Below are positions 9,500 through 20,469 of a stretch of 64,000 bases of DNA, one piece after another. Position numbers and translations under genes: made by a program. Within the stretch, counting starts at the first letter, position 1. Each line of letters starts with the position of its first letter. Source of the DNA: Blastocatellia bacterium (lineage in GTDB: Bacteria > Acidobacteriota > Blastocatellia > Chloracidobacteriales > JADJPF01). A model generated the notes under the pieces. That model searched no databases. It saw nothing but the letters and a program-made list of their open reading frames with translations, and was not told the origin of the DNA. Where the stretch lies: the NCBI GenBank assembly GCA_025057015.1, contig JANWYG010000017.1, positions 193,071 through 257,070 on the forward strand, in the 5' to 3' direction.

Positions 9500-12373
9500 T
9501 TACCGCAAACTGCTCAGTTCTGAAAAGCGTTCTTTTGCTTTTTTGAGAAGGGTTAGCTCAGAATCAGCATCTTTCCAAAGCGTAAGCAGCTTTGCATAAG
9601 CTGCCTGCGCTTGGTCACGTTTAACTAGAGCTTCGGCTGTTCTACCCAGCAACAACAAAGCCCGGGGATAGACGTAAGCTCTGTAACCAAACTTGTTATA
9701 GTTGATAGTCAGTAGCTTTTTCAATACCTCCTCAGCCTCGAGCAACCTGCCCGTATCATAGTATGCCTGAGCTAGAAAATATCCGAAAAATACCTTGTCT
9801 TCTACATAACCTCTGTCATAAATCTGCCGTAACAAAGGTATAGCCAGATCATAATCTTTGGAAGACAAAGCTCTGAAAGCCTCTATTGTTACTGGTCTCA
9901 ACGGCCGTGCCATTGCTACGATTTTGCCACTCCTTGCAGCTTCTTCGTAATTGCCCATCAAGAGCAACACCACGTGACGGTAAACATGGTAATACCAGTC
10001 GGCGACATCCTCAAACTGTTCAGCTTTACTTATAGCTAATGCTGCTAGCTCCTTACGTTCGGCTGCATAAAACCAAAACGCTTGCTCTGTAAGTGCTCTC
10101 GCAAGCTGCTTCTTATTGTCCTTCTCCAGCTCCATCTGCACTACTTGTTCATAGAGTTTGAGCGCCTCGCGGTACTTACCCAACAAAGCTGCTCGCCTAG
10201 CTAAGCACCTTAGTAGCTGCTGCTTGGTAGATGAGCTTGTAGCAAGTTCTGCAGTTAGCATCTCGCCAACAGCCTCGTACTCCTCACCATACAGATACAC
10301 GTCGGCAAGCCCACTTTTGATAAGATCACTTGTGGGATAAAGTCTCTCGGCACGTTCATATACTTGCTTAGCCTGCTGTAACTGCCCCATCAAGCAAAGT
10401 GCCATGCCAAGACAATTGTAAGCCTGGTCACTAGGTTTGAGAGAAACCCATTTTTCGGCAACTTCTGCTGAAGAAGCATAATCGCCGATCGTCTCATATG
10501 CCCAGGCCAGATGATTTAGTGCTAGTTCAAAAGTAGGATCCATAGCCAATACACGCTTTAAATAATCTATAGATGACTGATATTCACCAGCATGAAACAG
10601 CCTATCTCCGACATTCCAAAGCACTTCCTTGTCATTAGGAAAGATTTTCAAAAGTTCAAGCAAATAGCCTAAGCTGCCATCTAAGTCACCTTCTGTCCTA
10701 GCCTTAAGCGACATTATCATGTAGCGTTCCTTAATCGGCATCCTATCTATATGTCCGAAAGCCTTGTTGACCACCTCTGCCGTACTAGGATCGCCAAACC
10801 ATTCCAACACATAAGCCAATCGGTAGTAAGCCAAAACGAATGATGGGTCAAGCTCTAAGGCACGCCTGTATTCACGCTCAGCATCCTCCCACCTTAGGCT
10901 ATTTAGATACTGTTCACCTTGAAAGTAATGTTGATACGCTTCCATGTTTGAGGTAGCAAACTCAGCAACGCTGCGCTTGGTTATCTCCCCATCTGCTAGT
11001 TTGATACGCACTTCAGAAGTAAGTCGATCTATAAGTCCTGGTACTGACTCGATGCCCTTACCTTCAGCTTTGCCTGCGTATATATATTCATCTTTAGCTA
11101 GGTCTAATATTTTCATGTCAAGCGAATATAATTGACCAAACTTCCTCACTGCACTTATCAAAAGCAATCGTACTCCTGCTTCTTTGCAGATCTTCTTACC
11201 CGTAACTTCATCCACACGCTCAGCATTTAGTCCTAAGTGTCGCATGGCATCAAACATACTGGCCCGCGTCACTACTTCCAAGTTTCTGGACTGCTCAAGG
11301 TCGGTTGTAATTAAACCCGATAGACCGTCGAGTTCCCGCTCACCCGTCTCGTTGATCACATCTATTACAGCTATTGAGAAACGTCCTTTATCTATGCCTA
11401 TCCTAGCCCTATCTACTAGCAGTAGTAAAAGCCCTGCCATGACCGCAAGCGCACAAAATATGATCCACCATGTCCAAGCTCTTTTTGCTTTCTGCTCTTG
11501 CGAGGCATTAATTACTGGCAGCGTAGTATCGTCTCCATCTTGCACATCTTGAAGTGATTCAATTAGCTGCTTGACTGTCGGATAGCGCTCATCAGCAGAT
11601 TTTTCCAGGCACTTGATTACTATCCGTTCGAGCTTGCGAGGCACTCCAGCCAGTTTCGCCGGCGTGTCTTTCAATATCGCAGCCATTGTCTCTGGTGCTG
11701 TGTCTGCCTGAAATGGTCCACGACCACTTAGCATTTCATAAAGAACACAACCGAAAGAAAATATATCCGCGCGCTCATCTACAGGTTCGCCGCGCAACTG
11801 CTCCGGAGACATATATGGCATAGTGCCCATCAACATCCCAGGCGTAGTCTTCTGAAGCGTTGGAAAAGATGACGGCTCGCTTTGTGCAGGCTTACAAGGT
11901 TCTACACGTGCAAGTCCAAAGTCCAGCAGCTTAACAGCACCATCCTCGGTTAGAAAAATGTTTTCAGGCTTTAGATCCCTATGCACCACCCCCTTGTTGT
12001 GAGCAGCAGCTAGTCCCTCAGCCACTTGCAAGGCTATCTCTAGAGCTTCCTGCCAAGCTAGAGGCCCAACTTCCAACTTCTCTCTCAAGGTCTTACCCTT
12101 CAATAGCTCCATAGCTATGTACGCCAACTCGACCTGAGCAGAAAATTCATATACTTTGACTATGGCAGGATGATCTATCGACGCAATTACTTCATACTCC
12201 CGCTTAAACCTAGTCAATGCCTCGAGATTCTCCCTAAACCGCTCGTTCAGCACCTTTAAAGCCCACTCGCGGCCAGTTCGCGTATCGCAAGCAAGATAGA
12301 CTTCGCTCATTCCCCCTAGGCCAATCTGCGAAACTATCTTGTAATTTCCTAACAATTCACCACAGGTCAACAT
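9500..12373 (-). CDS. Hanks-type Ser/Thr protein kinase with TM segment, periplasmic domain and long TPR region
   Basis: GLGGMSEVY, WALKVL, HRDLKPENIF, LLDFGLA and YMSPEQ, then the TM helix WTWWIIFCALAVMAGLLLLLV and many TPR-like repeats. I prefer the ATG at 12373 (MLTCGELLGNYKI), which removes the 17-nt overlap given by the ORF opening at 12397. Confidence 0.85.
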   Translation of the reverse strand: MLTCGELLGNYKIVSQIGLGGMSEVYLACDTRTGREWALKVLNERFRENLEALTRFKREYEVIASIDHPAIVKVYEFSAQVELAYIAMELLKGKTLREKLEVGPLAWQEALEIALQVAEGLAAAHNKGVVHRDLKPENIFLTEDGAVKLLDFGLARVEPCKPAQSEPSSFPTLQKTTPGMLMGTMPYMSPEQLRGEPVDERADIFSFGCVLYEMLSGRGPFQADTAPETMAAILKDTPAKLAGVPRKLERIVIKCLEKSADERYPTVKQLIESLQDVQDGDDTTLPVINASQEQKAKRAWTWWIIFCALAVMAGLLLLLVDRARIGIDKGRFSIAVIDVINETGERELDGLSGLITTDLEQSRNLEVVTRASMFDAMRHLGLNAERVDEVTGKKICKEAGVRLLLISAVRKFGQLYSLDMKILDLAKDEYIYAGKAEGKGIESVPGLIDRLTSEVRIKLADGEITKRSVAEFATSNMEAYQHYFQGEQYLNSLRWEDAEREYRRALELDPSFVLAYYRLAYVLEWFGDPSTAEVVNKAFGHIDRMPIKERYMIMSLKARTEGDLDGSLGYLLELLKIFPNDKEVLWNVGDRLFHAGEYQSSIDYLKRVLAMDPTFELALNHLAWAYETIGDYASSAEVAEKWVSLKPSDQAYNCLGMALCLMGQLQQAKQVYERAERLYPTSDLIKSGLADVYLYGEEYEAVGEMLTAELATSSSTKQQLLRCLARRAALLGKYREALKLYEQVVQMELEKDNKKQLARALTEQAFWFYAAERKELAALAISKAEQFEDVADWYYHVYRHVVLLLMGNYEEAARSGKIVAMARPLRPVTIEAFRALSSKDYDLAIPLLRQIYDRGYVEDKVFFGYFLAQAYYDTGRLLEAEEVLKKLLTINYNKFGYRAYVYPRALLLLGRTAEALVKRDQAQAAYAKLLTLWKDADSELTLLKKAKERFSELSSLR

Positions 12374-12380
12374 AACACCA

Positions 12381-15300
12381 TCACAGAGCAGAACCACTCA
12401 CTTCTTCTTCCAACAGCATCGCTGCACAAGCATTACTAGGTAACACAATATGCACGCTGCAACCACTATTCTTTCCCCTAGACTCTAACCAAATCCTACC
12501 ACCGTGCAACTGTATATAACCCCTAGCTATCGCCAAACCAAGCCCAGCCCCACGAGCCATAAATTCATACTCACCTGAAGTGTGCTTAGCCGTGTCCGAA
12601 GCCGTATAAAATGCCTCAAAAACCTTGTCTAACTCACCGGGTTCTACTCCTATCCCATCATCCCTGATAGATAGCCGAACTACATCTTTACCACCTTCCA
12701 GCTTAACGGCTATAGTCCCACCATCCGGAGTGAATTTAATTGCGTTCTGCATCACAGCCTTAATTGCCCGCCTTAGCTTCTCATAATCGCCTATAACCCT
12801 TAGCTCTGCTTCAGCTTCCTCTATTAGACGCTGCCGACGCCGCTCTATATATGGCCTAAGTTCAGCTATGACACCGCGAACTACATCCAAAAGATCAAGA
12901 CGTGCCAAACTGAGCTTCATCTGCCCATCATTTATCCTGAGCATCTCAAATATGTCCGAAAGGACGCGTTCCATCCGCTCAATCATCCTCCGACAAGCAG
13001 CTAAAGCTTCCTTCTGAAACTTCGTAAGTGGCCCATAGTCCAGCATAAGCTCCGTATAACCTTTGATGACAGTAAGAGGAGTGCGCATTTCATGTGAGGT
13101 CAGTACCAAAAAGTCACTCTTCATCTTACTCAAGCGCTCAAGTACAGAGCTTACCTCTTGTTCGTTTTTGTAGAGTCTTTCGAGTTGCCTCTTTTGTTCT
13201 TCCAACACTCCGTAGAGAGCTGCATTCTCCATGGCTACAGCAGCTTGATTTGCTAACGACTCTACTAAAGCAAGGTCGCCTCGGCTAAATGCCTGACCTT
13301 TGCTACGCACCTCTAAAACACCCACAACTTTGCCGTCACGCGTCTTTACCGGTACACACATCCAACCATGCTTGTAACGCACTTTTAACTTAGGCTCTTG
13401 TGTGCCATCATATTCTTGTCCGGTCACTATCATAGCATCGCCAGTTCTCGCCACTAGGCTAGCTACCGTACCGTCCATCCTGATCGACACCTGTGCCCAA
13501 GTAGCTCCATCCCACAGCTTATCAAACTCTACGCAACCATCTTTCACTAAACCTATACCTGACGGCTCACCATCAACTAAACTCGCTGCCTCCATAGCTA
13601 TGTGCCTTAACACCCCATCCAAATCCAGCCGTGAGTTTATAACGCGACAACTTTCTAATAATTTGTACAAATATGCTAGCTTGTTCTCATGTCGACGCCT
13701 TACAGCACGCATCCGTAAGAAGTACCCGCCCAGGATTAGCCCACCTGCTGTAGTCACATATGCCATCCAAGCCCACCATCTGAACCAAGGAGCAGAAGCT
13801 ACGCTGAAACTCAGCTGACTAGTACTAATATTACCTGCATGATCGCGAGCCACTACCCTGAAAATATACCTTCCAGCTGGCAGATTCGTATATTGCCGTC
13901 TAGGAAAACTCGTCCACTCGGATGGACTGGAGTCAAAACCCATCAGCTGCGTAGAATAAACCGTGTCGTCGCCGCGAGTAAAACAGAGCAAAGTGTATTC
14001 AAACTCTATTGAGCTACGATAATATTCCAGCGGCTCGGTAGCCAACTTATTGATTTGCTCTGGCAAAAGTATCTCACCGTTTACCGCCACTTTCTCAATA
14101 AAAAGCTTTTTGGGAACCCGATCCTCATACTGCGGCAAATCTAGTATTCCCACGCCATTAATTGTCCCCGCCCAGACTCTGCCAAAGCTGTCTACCATCG
14201 AGGCACCTGCATTACACTTATCCGAAGGCAGTCCATCTGCAGTTGAAAAGTTGTACACTTCATAACTATCACCCGCCGTGGCAGTTAGCCGTGAGACACC
14301 TCGGTTAGTAAACAGATATATTCTACCTTGCCGATCTTCACGTATCTGATAAACAACGTTGTTTCGTATAGCAGGGGAAGTAGAATCAGAGAAGACCAGC
14401 CATCGCTGGGACCCATCTAAACTTAGCCGAGCTACCCCTCCACCATGTGTACCCACCCAAAGATAGCGTCCCTTTGCCGTAGTTTGCTCTAACAAAGCTA
14501 AAACTATATCGTTTGGTAACCCATTGCTGCTATTGTACTTACCCCACTGGCCTTCGGTGTAGTATGCAAGTCCTCCGCCATAAGTTCCCGCCCAAAGCAC
14601 CTTCTTGCCATCAATTACCATCTCTAACAGACAGTTCACGCCATTGTTCGGCAGCTGTCCCGTTTCCTCAAAAAACGCTTCCCATTTACCATCCTTTAGT
14701 CTTCCCAGCCCTCGAAAAGTCCCAATCCAAATCGACTTGTCTTCTGTCTGCAATATAGTCCGCACTTCTGGATCTATTCCGCCAGAACGTACGTCGATTC
14801 TGCTCCACCTGCCGTTTACATATCTATCTATTCCCTGATTTGTACCTACAAGTACCTCACTCCGACCTCGTGCTCCCTCGACTTTCACTATCACTCGCAC
14901 AATATTGTCAGTAAGCCCCTTACCTGCAGCGTAATATCTCCACTGTCCTGAAGAGTAAACTGCCAGCCCTCGATCCGAACCTATCCAATACTGCCTCTGC
15001 TTACCAGAAAAGATCTCCGCCATCGAGAGAATGTTATCGCCAGTCCTATCAGCAAAAGGATGTAAGCTAGACCACTGTCGCCTCATCAGGTTCAGCAGTC
15101 CAGACTTGTAAGAACCCAGCCAAGCCATTCTCATGCCATCAGAACTTCTGTAGTCATACAAGCAGTTTACTCTGCCCTCTGGTAGCCCTTCTTCAAGCCC
15201 AAGCCTCTTCCATCCATCCCCAGTCTTATAGATGACGCCATGCCGCTGAGTGCCACAAAGCAGCCCAACTTCTCCCTCAGGCAAAACAGAAAGAGCCAGG

Positions 15301-16193
15301 GCAGTAATCTCCTCTGCAAGGAAACCATTCTCCAAAGACAGCAGTCTCCACTCTTGTCCGTCATACACAGCAAGCCCCTTCGTCGTTCCTACGTATAACA
15401 TTCCACCTTCAGCTAAAATGCTTGTTACTGCCCCACCTCGAAACAAGGAAGACTCATGCCTTCGGCACTTGCCAGTCTCCGCTGTAAGTTCAACTAAACC
15501 TTCTCTAGTGCCTATCCATAGCGTCCGCTCTGCTCCATCCCCAGTCTCGTGCAGTGCTAACACCACTTCTCGCCCGGTAAGACACTCACAATCTACGCGC
15601 TCAAACTTGCCATCTATAAGCTTGACCAATCCCTTGCCATATAGCCCTACCCACAAGAACTGCTCACCTTTAACAGAGCGGGATTCTAGTAAACTGAACA
15701 CCAAGTTATTCGGTATGTTGGAGTTAGTAGTATCATAGACGACCCAGCGACCGTTGCGCAGAAGCCCTGCTAATCCACCACCATTAGTTCCAAACCACAT
15801 CCCATCCGAAGCAGATATCATCGCAAAGACATCGTTCGATCTGGTGCGATTTGGCAGCTTGAGCGGCGTCCAAACTCGCCCATTATAGACGGCTACTCCA
15901 TCCTGCGTACCTACCCACAAATACCCTCGATCATCAGAAGCGATCGCTCGCACGTTGTTATGTGGCAAACCATCAGCTACAGTAAAGCGGCTAAAAAACA
16001 GTCTACCCCTCAAAACCTCTTCCGCAGCGTAACTGAACCCTGAAAAGACAAGTAAAAAAATGACAAATTCTGTGAGCCTATTAAGTAGAGGACAAACTTG
16101 CCAGCTCAGCGTCCTTACCTGGCACAAGCTAGTCGTTATCTCGACACCCAAGAAGATACGTCCTAACCTTTTCAAACCCTGCCCGAGGTACAT
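12381..16193 (-). CDS. sensor histidine kinase: beta-propeller (Reg_prop repeats) + Y_Y_Y domain, TM, GAF, HisKA, HATPase_c
   Basis: 1270 aa. Repeated ...GLxxNxVxxIxxDxxGxxWIGTxxGL... propeller units. Y_Y_Y-like YSTQLMGFDSSPSEWT...YTNLPAGRYIFRVVARD. TM helix, GAF, H-box SHEMRTPLT, then DDGIGV and GAGLGLAI. Confidence 0.88.
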   Translation of the reverse strand: MYLGQGLKRLGRIFLGVEITTSLCQVRTLSWQVCPLLNRLTEFVIFLLVFSGFSYAAEEVLRGRLFFSRFTVADGLPHNNVRAIASDDRGYLWVGTQDGVAVYNGRVWTPLKLPNRTRSNDVFAMISASDGMWFGTNGGGLAGLLRNGRWVVYDTTNSNIPNNLVFSLLESRSVKGEQFLWVGLYGKGLVKLIDGKFERVDCECLTGREVVLALHETGDGAERTLWIGTREGLVELTAETGKCRRHESSLFRGGAVTSILAEGGMLYVGTTKGLAVYDGQEWRLLSLENGFLAEEITALALSVLPEGEVGLLCGTQRHGVIYKTGDGWKRLGLEEGLPEGRVNCLYDYRSSDGMRMAWLGSYKSGLLNLMRRQWSSLHPFADRTGDNILSMAEIFSGKQRQYWIGSDRGLAVYSSGQWRYYAAGKGLTDNIVRVIVKVEGARGRSEVLVGTNQGIDRYVNGRWSRIDVRSGGIDPEVRTILQTEDKSIWIGTFRGLGRLKDGKWEAFFEETGQLPNNGVNCLLEMVIDGKKVLWAGTYGGGLAYYTEGQWGKYNSSNGLPNDIVLALLEQTTAKGRYLWVGTHGGGVARLSLDGSQRWLVFSDSTSPAIRNNVVYQIREDRQGRIYLFTNRGVSRLTATAGDSYEVYNFSTADGLPSDKCNAGASMVDSFGRVWAGTINGVGILDLPQYEDRVPKKLFIEKVAVNGEILLPEQINKLATEPLEYYRSSIEFEYTLLCFTRGDDTVYSTQLMGFDSSPSEWTSFPRRQYTNLPAGRYIFRVVARDHAGNISTSQLSFSVASAPWFRWWAWMAYVTTAGGLILGGYFLRMRAVRRRHENKLAYLYKLLESCRVINSRLDLDGVLRHIAMEAASLVDGEPSGIGLVKDGCVEFDKLWDGATWAQVSIRMDGTVASLVARTGDAMIVTGQEYDGTQEPKLKVRYKHGWMCVPVKTRDGKVVGVLEVRSKGQAFSRGDLALVESLANQAAVAMENAALYGVLEEQKRQLERLYKNEQEVSSVLERLSKMKSDFLVLTSHEMRTPLTVIKGYTELMLDYGPLTKFQKEALAACRRMIERMERVLSDIFEMLRINDGQMKLSLARLDLLDVVRGVIAELRPYIERRRQRLIEEAEAELRVIGDYEKLRRAIKAVMQNAIKFTPDGGTIAVKLEGGKDVVRLSIRDDGIGVEPGELDKVFEAFYTASDTAKHTSGEYEFMARGAGLGLAIARGYIQLHGGRIWLESRGKNSGCSVHIVLPSNACAAMLLEEEVSGSAL

Positions 16194-16349
16194 ACGTGCA
16201 ACCTGAGCCTATAGGCGATTGTATAAATCACACCTCGCTAAAGCTTTCTACAGTTATCAAAACCCGGACCATCTCAATTAACTTCGAACTAATCACTTAA
16301 CCCAAAACTTTGACCTACCTTACCCAACAAGCGCAGGCACATCGCTTCA

Positions 16350-16814
16350 CTACCAATACCCACCTGCAAATCTGCCAGTCTCGTACTCCTTTAGCCGTCT
16401 GAGCGTACCCTTTGACACACCTTCTGGCAAAGCATCCAACGCAAAAAATCTATACTCAGCTATCTCATAGCTGTTTACTGGTGTAGCGATTTCCCGGAAT
16501 AGATCAACCTGAAACAATATTATGTGATCGTTCGGATTTGAACTACGATTTGCGTAAACCGCCAAAAGACGCTCTTTGAGCACTTCTAGCCTGCATTCCT
16601 CGCGCACCTCTCTTGCCAAAGCTTCGTAAACCGTCTCCCCTCGCTCTACTCTCCCACCAGGTAAGTACCAGCCCGACAAGTATGTGTGCCTTACGAGCAT
16701 AATCTCGTTGTTGCGCACTATCAGTGCCCGCACTCCTATTACTGTAGGCGCAAATATACGCCAATACGCAGTTCTTATCTTGTGCCCAATGCCTAGTAGC
16801 CTGCCAATGTCCAT
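16350..16814 (-). CDS. NUDIX hydrolase
   Basis: 154 aa with the Nudix box GGRVERGETVYEALAREVREECRLEV. Confidence 0.85.
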   Translation of the reverse strand: MDIGRLLGIGHKIRTAYWRIFAPTVIGVRALIVRNNEIMLVRHTYLSGWYLPGGRVERGETVYEALAREVREECRLEVLKERLLAVYANRSSNPNDHIILFQVDLFREIATPVNSYEIAEYRFFALDALPEGVSKGTLRRLKEYETGRFAGGYW

Positions 16815-16865
16815 CTAAGTCAAGTTGATACATTTAGTTTTAACATGCTAGTATGCTCTTTTTAC

Positions 16866-18134
16866 ATGCAGAAGATAAACAAAACTAAGCTACCCAACGG
16901 ACTGGTAGTACTTAGCGAAGTACTTCCGCAAGCTCGCTCGGTCAGCCTAGGTCTGTGGCTACGAAAAGGTTCACGCCACGAACCCGCAGAACTAAACGGC
17001 ATCAGCCATTTCATAGAACATAATCTCTTCAAGGGAACACGTAAACGCAGCGCTAGACAGATTGCCCTCGAAGCAGATTTGTTAGGCGGAAACCTTGACG
17101 CCTTTACAACTCAAGAAATGACTGCATACCAAATCAAAGTACTAGATAAACACTTCGAAGCAGCTTTCGACATCTTGGCAGATATGTTTACTTCGCCTAC
17201 CTTCGAAGAAAATGAACTAGAAAAAGAACGTTCAGTCATACTTGAAGAAATAAAAACCTTAGAAGACTCCCCCGAAGATTATATCTTCGAGTTGCTACAT
17301 GAAAATCTCTGGCCAGCTCATCCTATAGGCTTCCCAATTACTGGAACAATATCTACAGTTAAAAAATTCAACAGAACTAAGACCGTTGACTACTACAACC
17401 TCACTTACACAGCAGACAATCTGGTGGTAGCCGCTGCAGGCCGGCTCTCTCACGACCACTTGCTAGAGCTTTCTGAAAGATATTTTTCCGATCTACCTTC
17501 TTCAAAAATACCCCCAAAAACCCAGCCGCTGCCCAAATCACACGTGTTTCACTGTATCAAGAAGAAAATGGGTCTAGAACAAACTCATGCTGTCCTCGCA
17601 GCGGAAGCTGTAGCAGCTACTTCATCTGATAGATATGCCTGCGAGCTGCTTTCAACTATCCTAGGCGGCGGTCTCAGCTCCAGGCTCTTTCAAACCGTTA
17701 GAGAAACTCACGGCTTGGCCTATTCGATCTACTCCAGCATAGACACATATACCGACACAGGATATATATCGATATACATGGCCGTAGCCAACAACCAACT
17801 AGAAAAAGCCCTACAGCTTGTGCTCGATGAAATTTGCTCTATGAAGCGAAACTTAGTAGCAGCAGAAGAGCTACACGCCGCAAAAGAACAACTCAAGTCG
17901 TCTATAATGCTTGGACAAGAATCTGTAACCGCAAGAATGCATGCACTAGCTGAAAATGAGCTGTTATTTGGGAGACACATCTACGAAGAAGAATTATTGC
18001 AGGCAATAGACAGCGTAAGCGCTGAAGAAGTCCAGCAACTTGCTCAAAAAATCTTCAGACCACAGTCTATTTGTTCCCTCGTGCTTTCACCAAAACCGAG
18101 AGGCCAGCTTGATTATAGCTACTTTAACTGCTAA
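16866..18134 (+). CDS. M16 (pitrilysin) family zinc peptidase
   Basis: Inverted zinc motif GISHFIEHNLFKGT (HxxEH) and a two-domain M16 length. The ATG at 16866 (MQKINKTKLPNGL) is preferred over the ORF opening at 16845. Confidence 0.85.
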   Translation: MQKINKTKLPNGLVVLSEVLPQARSVSLGLWLRKGSRHEPAELNGISHFIEHNLFKGTRKRSARQIALEADLLGGNLDAFTTQEMTAYQIKVLDKHFEAAFDILADMFTSPTFEENELEKERSVILEEIKTLEDSPEDYIFELLHENLWPAHPIGFPITGTISTVKKFNRTKTVDYYNLTYTADNLVVAAAGRLSHDHLLELSERYFSDLPSSKIPPKTQPLPKSHVFHCIKKKMGLEQTHAVLAAEAVAATSSDRYACELLSTILGGGLSSRLFQTVRETHGLAYSIYSSIDTYTDTGYISIYMAVANNQLEKALQLVLDEICSMKRNLVAAEELHAAKEQLKSSIMLGQESVTARMHALAENELLFGRHIYEEELLQAIDSVSAEEVQQLAQKIFRPQSICSLVLSPKPRGQLDYSYFNC

Positions 18135-18156
18135 AGTTTTCCCTCTTTAATACCCT

Positions 18157-18930
18157 ATGCGCTTTAACGTCCTAGCAAGCGGTAGCTCTGGAAATTGCAC
18201 TCTGATAGAGGCTGGATCAACCGTCCTGCTTGTCGATTGCGGTTTACCTCTTGCCGAACTAGCTAGGCGCTTGTCCATAGCTGGCGTGGCGTTAGACCTT
18301 ATCTCCAGCGTGCTAGTTTCGCACGAGCACACCGATCACATCAAAGGATTACCCGCATTGTGCAAACACCTAAAAATACCAGTACATATTTCCAGACGGG
18401 CGTTAGAAGCAGTCCAGAGCTTGCGAAGCCTTTCACTCGGCGAAGACCTAAAAAGTGGCTCTCCGATCGAAATAGGCCGCCTCAAAGTTACGCCCATAGC
18501 TGTCCCTCATGACTCTGCTGATCCTATGGCGTTCAAGTTCGAACATGAAGGGTCCGTTCTGGCGATAGTCACTGACCTGGGGCATATCCCAAAGTCTGTA
18601 AGCAGTCATCTCACCGGATGTGATGCGCTGGTGATAGAGTCCAATCACGACACAGATAAGCTTAGAAACGGCCGCTACCCTTGGACGGTTAAGACACGAA
18701 TCCTTAGTCCTATCGGCCACTTGTCGAACGAAGCAACTGCCAGATTCCTAAAAGACAACTTTGACGGAAAGGCACGCCATATCATCCTGGCACACCTAAG
18801 CAAAGAAAATAACCACCCAGCCTTAGCCAGTATCAAAGCTGAAGAAGCGCTAGCAGCACGAAACAGAATTTTCGACTACGACCTGCGTGTTGCTTTACCT
18901 GACAGTCCCCTTGGATGGATAGAACTATGA
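18157..18930 (+). CDS. MBL-fold metallo-hydrolase
   Basis: 257 aa with SGSSGNCTLIE, VSHEHTDHIKGL (HxHxDH) and a later ILAHLS. Confidence 0.8.
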   Translation: MRFNVLASGSSGNCTLIEAGSTVLLVDCGLPLAELARRLSIAGVALDLISSVLVSHEHTDHIKGLPALCKHLKIPVHISRRALEAVQSLRSLSLGEDLKSGSPIEIGRLKVTPIAVPHDSADPMAFKFEHEGSVLAIVTDLGHIPKSVSSHLTGCDALVIESNHDTDKLRNGRYPWTVKTRILSPIGHLSNEATARFLKDNFDGKARHIILAHLSKENNHPALASIKAEEALAARNRIFDYDLRVALPDSPLGWIEL

Positions 18931-20228
18931 TACCACGCTATACCCTGCCCGAAATGGGCAAGCTTTGGAGCGAAGAGACCAAATTTCAAAAATGGCTAGA
19001 AGTAGAACTCGCCGTATGCGATGTCCACGCCGAGATGGGAACGATCCCTAAGGACGCTGCCCAAGCTATACGCAAAAATGCTCGCTTTAATGTAGAGCGA
19101 ATCCGAGAACTTGAGGCTTCCATTAAACACGACGTCATAGCATTTACTAGCTGTGTCGCAGAATCAATAGGCAACCACTCGCGCTACTTTCACTACGGCC
19201 TGACTTCTTCAGATGTAGTAGACACTGCAAACGCGCTCCTGCTAAAAGAAGCAGCCGATATCATTCTAAACAAAGCATATGCGCTTTTAGAAACTCTCAA
19301 AAGACGCGCCTTCGAGTTCAAAGAAACCGTAATGGTAGGCCGTACACATGGCATACACGCTGAACCTACCACCTTTGGCTTGGTACTTGCGCTCTACTAT
19401 GCAGAGATCGATCGCAACATCGAGCGAATAAAAAGCGCAAGAAGAACCGTGTCTTACGGCAAACTTTCAGGCGCAGTGGGCACCTTTGCACACATTTCTC
19501 CAGAAGTCGAAGACAGAGTCTGCGCACGACTAGGCTTACGTCCCGAACCCGTCTCCACACAGGTAGTTCAGCGCGACCGGTATGCAGAATTTCTAGCAGC
19601 ACTTGCCATTACTGCAGCAAGTTGTGAAAAAATAGCCCTCGAAGTCAGGCACTTGCAACGCACCGAAGTGAGCGAAGCACAAGAAGAATTTACTGAAGGT
19701 CAAAAAGGATCTTCTGCTATGCCCCACAAGCGCAACCCGATCATCTCCGAGCAGATTTGTGGATTGGCAAGAATAGTACGTTCTAATTTACAAGCTGCAC
19801 TTGAAAACATAGCTCTTTGGCACGAACGCGACATATCGCATTCATCCGTGGAACGGGTCATACTGCCTGATAGTTGTATCCTCACTGACTATCTGCTGAC
19901 AAAGACCGAACACTTGATAGATAGGCTAAAGATCTTCCCAGATAGGATGCTAAAAAACTTGTATGCTACGCAAGGACTAGTCTTTTCCGGAAAACTCCTT
20001 CTAGAACTTACTAATGCTGGTCTCAGCAGAGAAGATGCATATAGATTAGTACAGCGTAATGCTATGCGATCCTGGGATGAAAAGGCAGATTTTAAACAAC
20101 TAGTTGTTAGCGACCCTGATATCAGTGCTGTCATCTCTGAACAAAAGCTTGAAAAAGTTTTTGATCTAAGAGCTCAACTACAGAATATAGACAAAGTTTT
20201 TAATCGCGTCTTTCAATGCCCGAGGTAG
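18927..20228 (+). CDS. purB: adenylosuccinate lyase
   Basis: MIPRYTLPEM start, fumarate-lyase signature GSSAMPHKRNP, length about 433 aa. ATGA overlap with the previous stop at 18927-18930. Confidence 0.95.
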   Translation: MIPRYTLPEMGKLWSEETKFQKWLEVELAVCDVHAEMGTIPKDAAQAIRKNARFNVERIRELEASIKHDVIAFTSCVAESIGNHSRYFHYGLTSSDVVDTANALLLKEAADIILNKAYALLETLKRRAFEFKETVMVGRTHGIHAEPTTFGLVLALYYAEIDRNIERIKSARRTVSYGKLSGAVGTFAHISPEVEDRVCARLGLRPEPVSTQVVQRDRYAEFLAALAITAASCEKIALEVRHLQRTEVSEAQEEFTEGQKGSSAMPHKRNPIISEQICGLARIVRSNLQAALENIALWHERDISHSSVERVILPDSCILTDYLLTKTEHLIDRLKIFPDRMLKNLYATQGLVFSGKLLLELTNAGLSREDAYRLVQRNAMRSWDEKADFKQLVVSDPDISAVISEQKLEKVFDLRAQLQNIDKVFNRVFQCPR

Positions 20229-20232
20229 AATC

Positions 20233-20469
20233 ATGATAGCCAAGGTATATGTCACACTGAAAAAAGGCGTACTTGACCCACAAGGCAAAGCTATACATCA
20301 TGCTGCCAAGACTATAGGTTACAAGCATATAGCTGATGTTCGGCAAGGCAAATACTTTGAACTCACTCTCGATACGACCGACATCGAAAGTGCCCGCAAA
20401 GAAGTAGAGCGACTAGCTGCTGAAGTCCTCTCCAACCCTATCATCGAGAACTATAGGATAGAGCTATGA
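20233..20469 (+). CDS. purS: phosphoribosylformylglycinamidine synthase subunit PurS
   Basis: 78 aa with [17 protein letters not shown], located directly upstream of purQ. Confidence 0.9.
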   Translation: MIAKVYVTLKKGVLDPQGKAIHHAAKTIGYKHIADVRQGKYFELTLDTTDIESARKEVERLAAEVLSNPIIENYRIEL

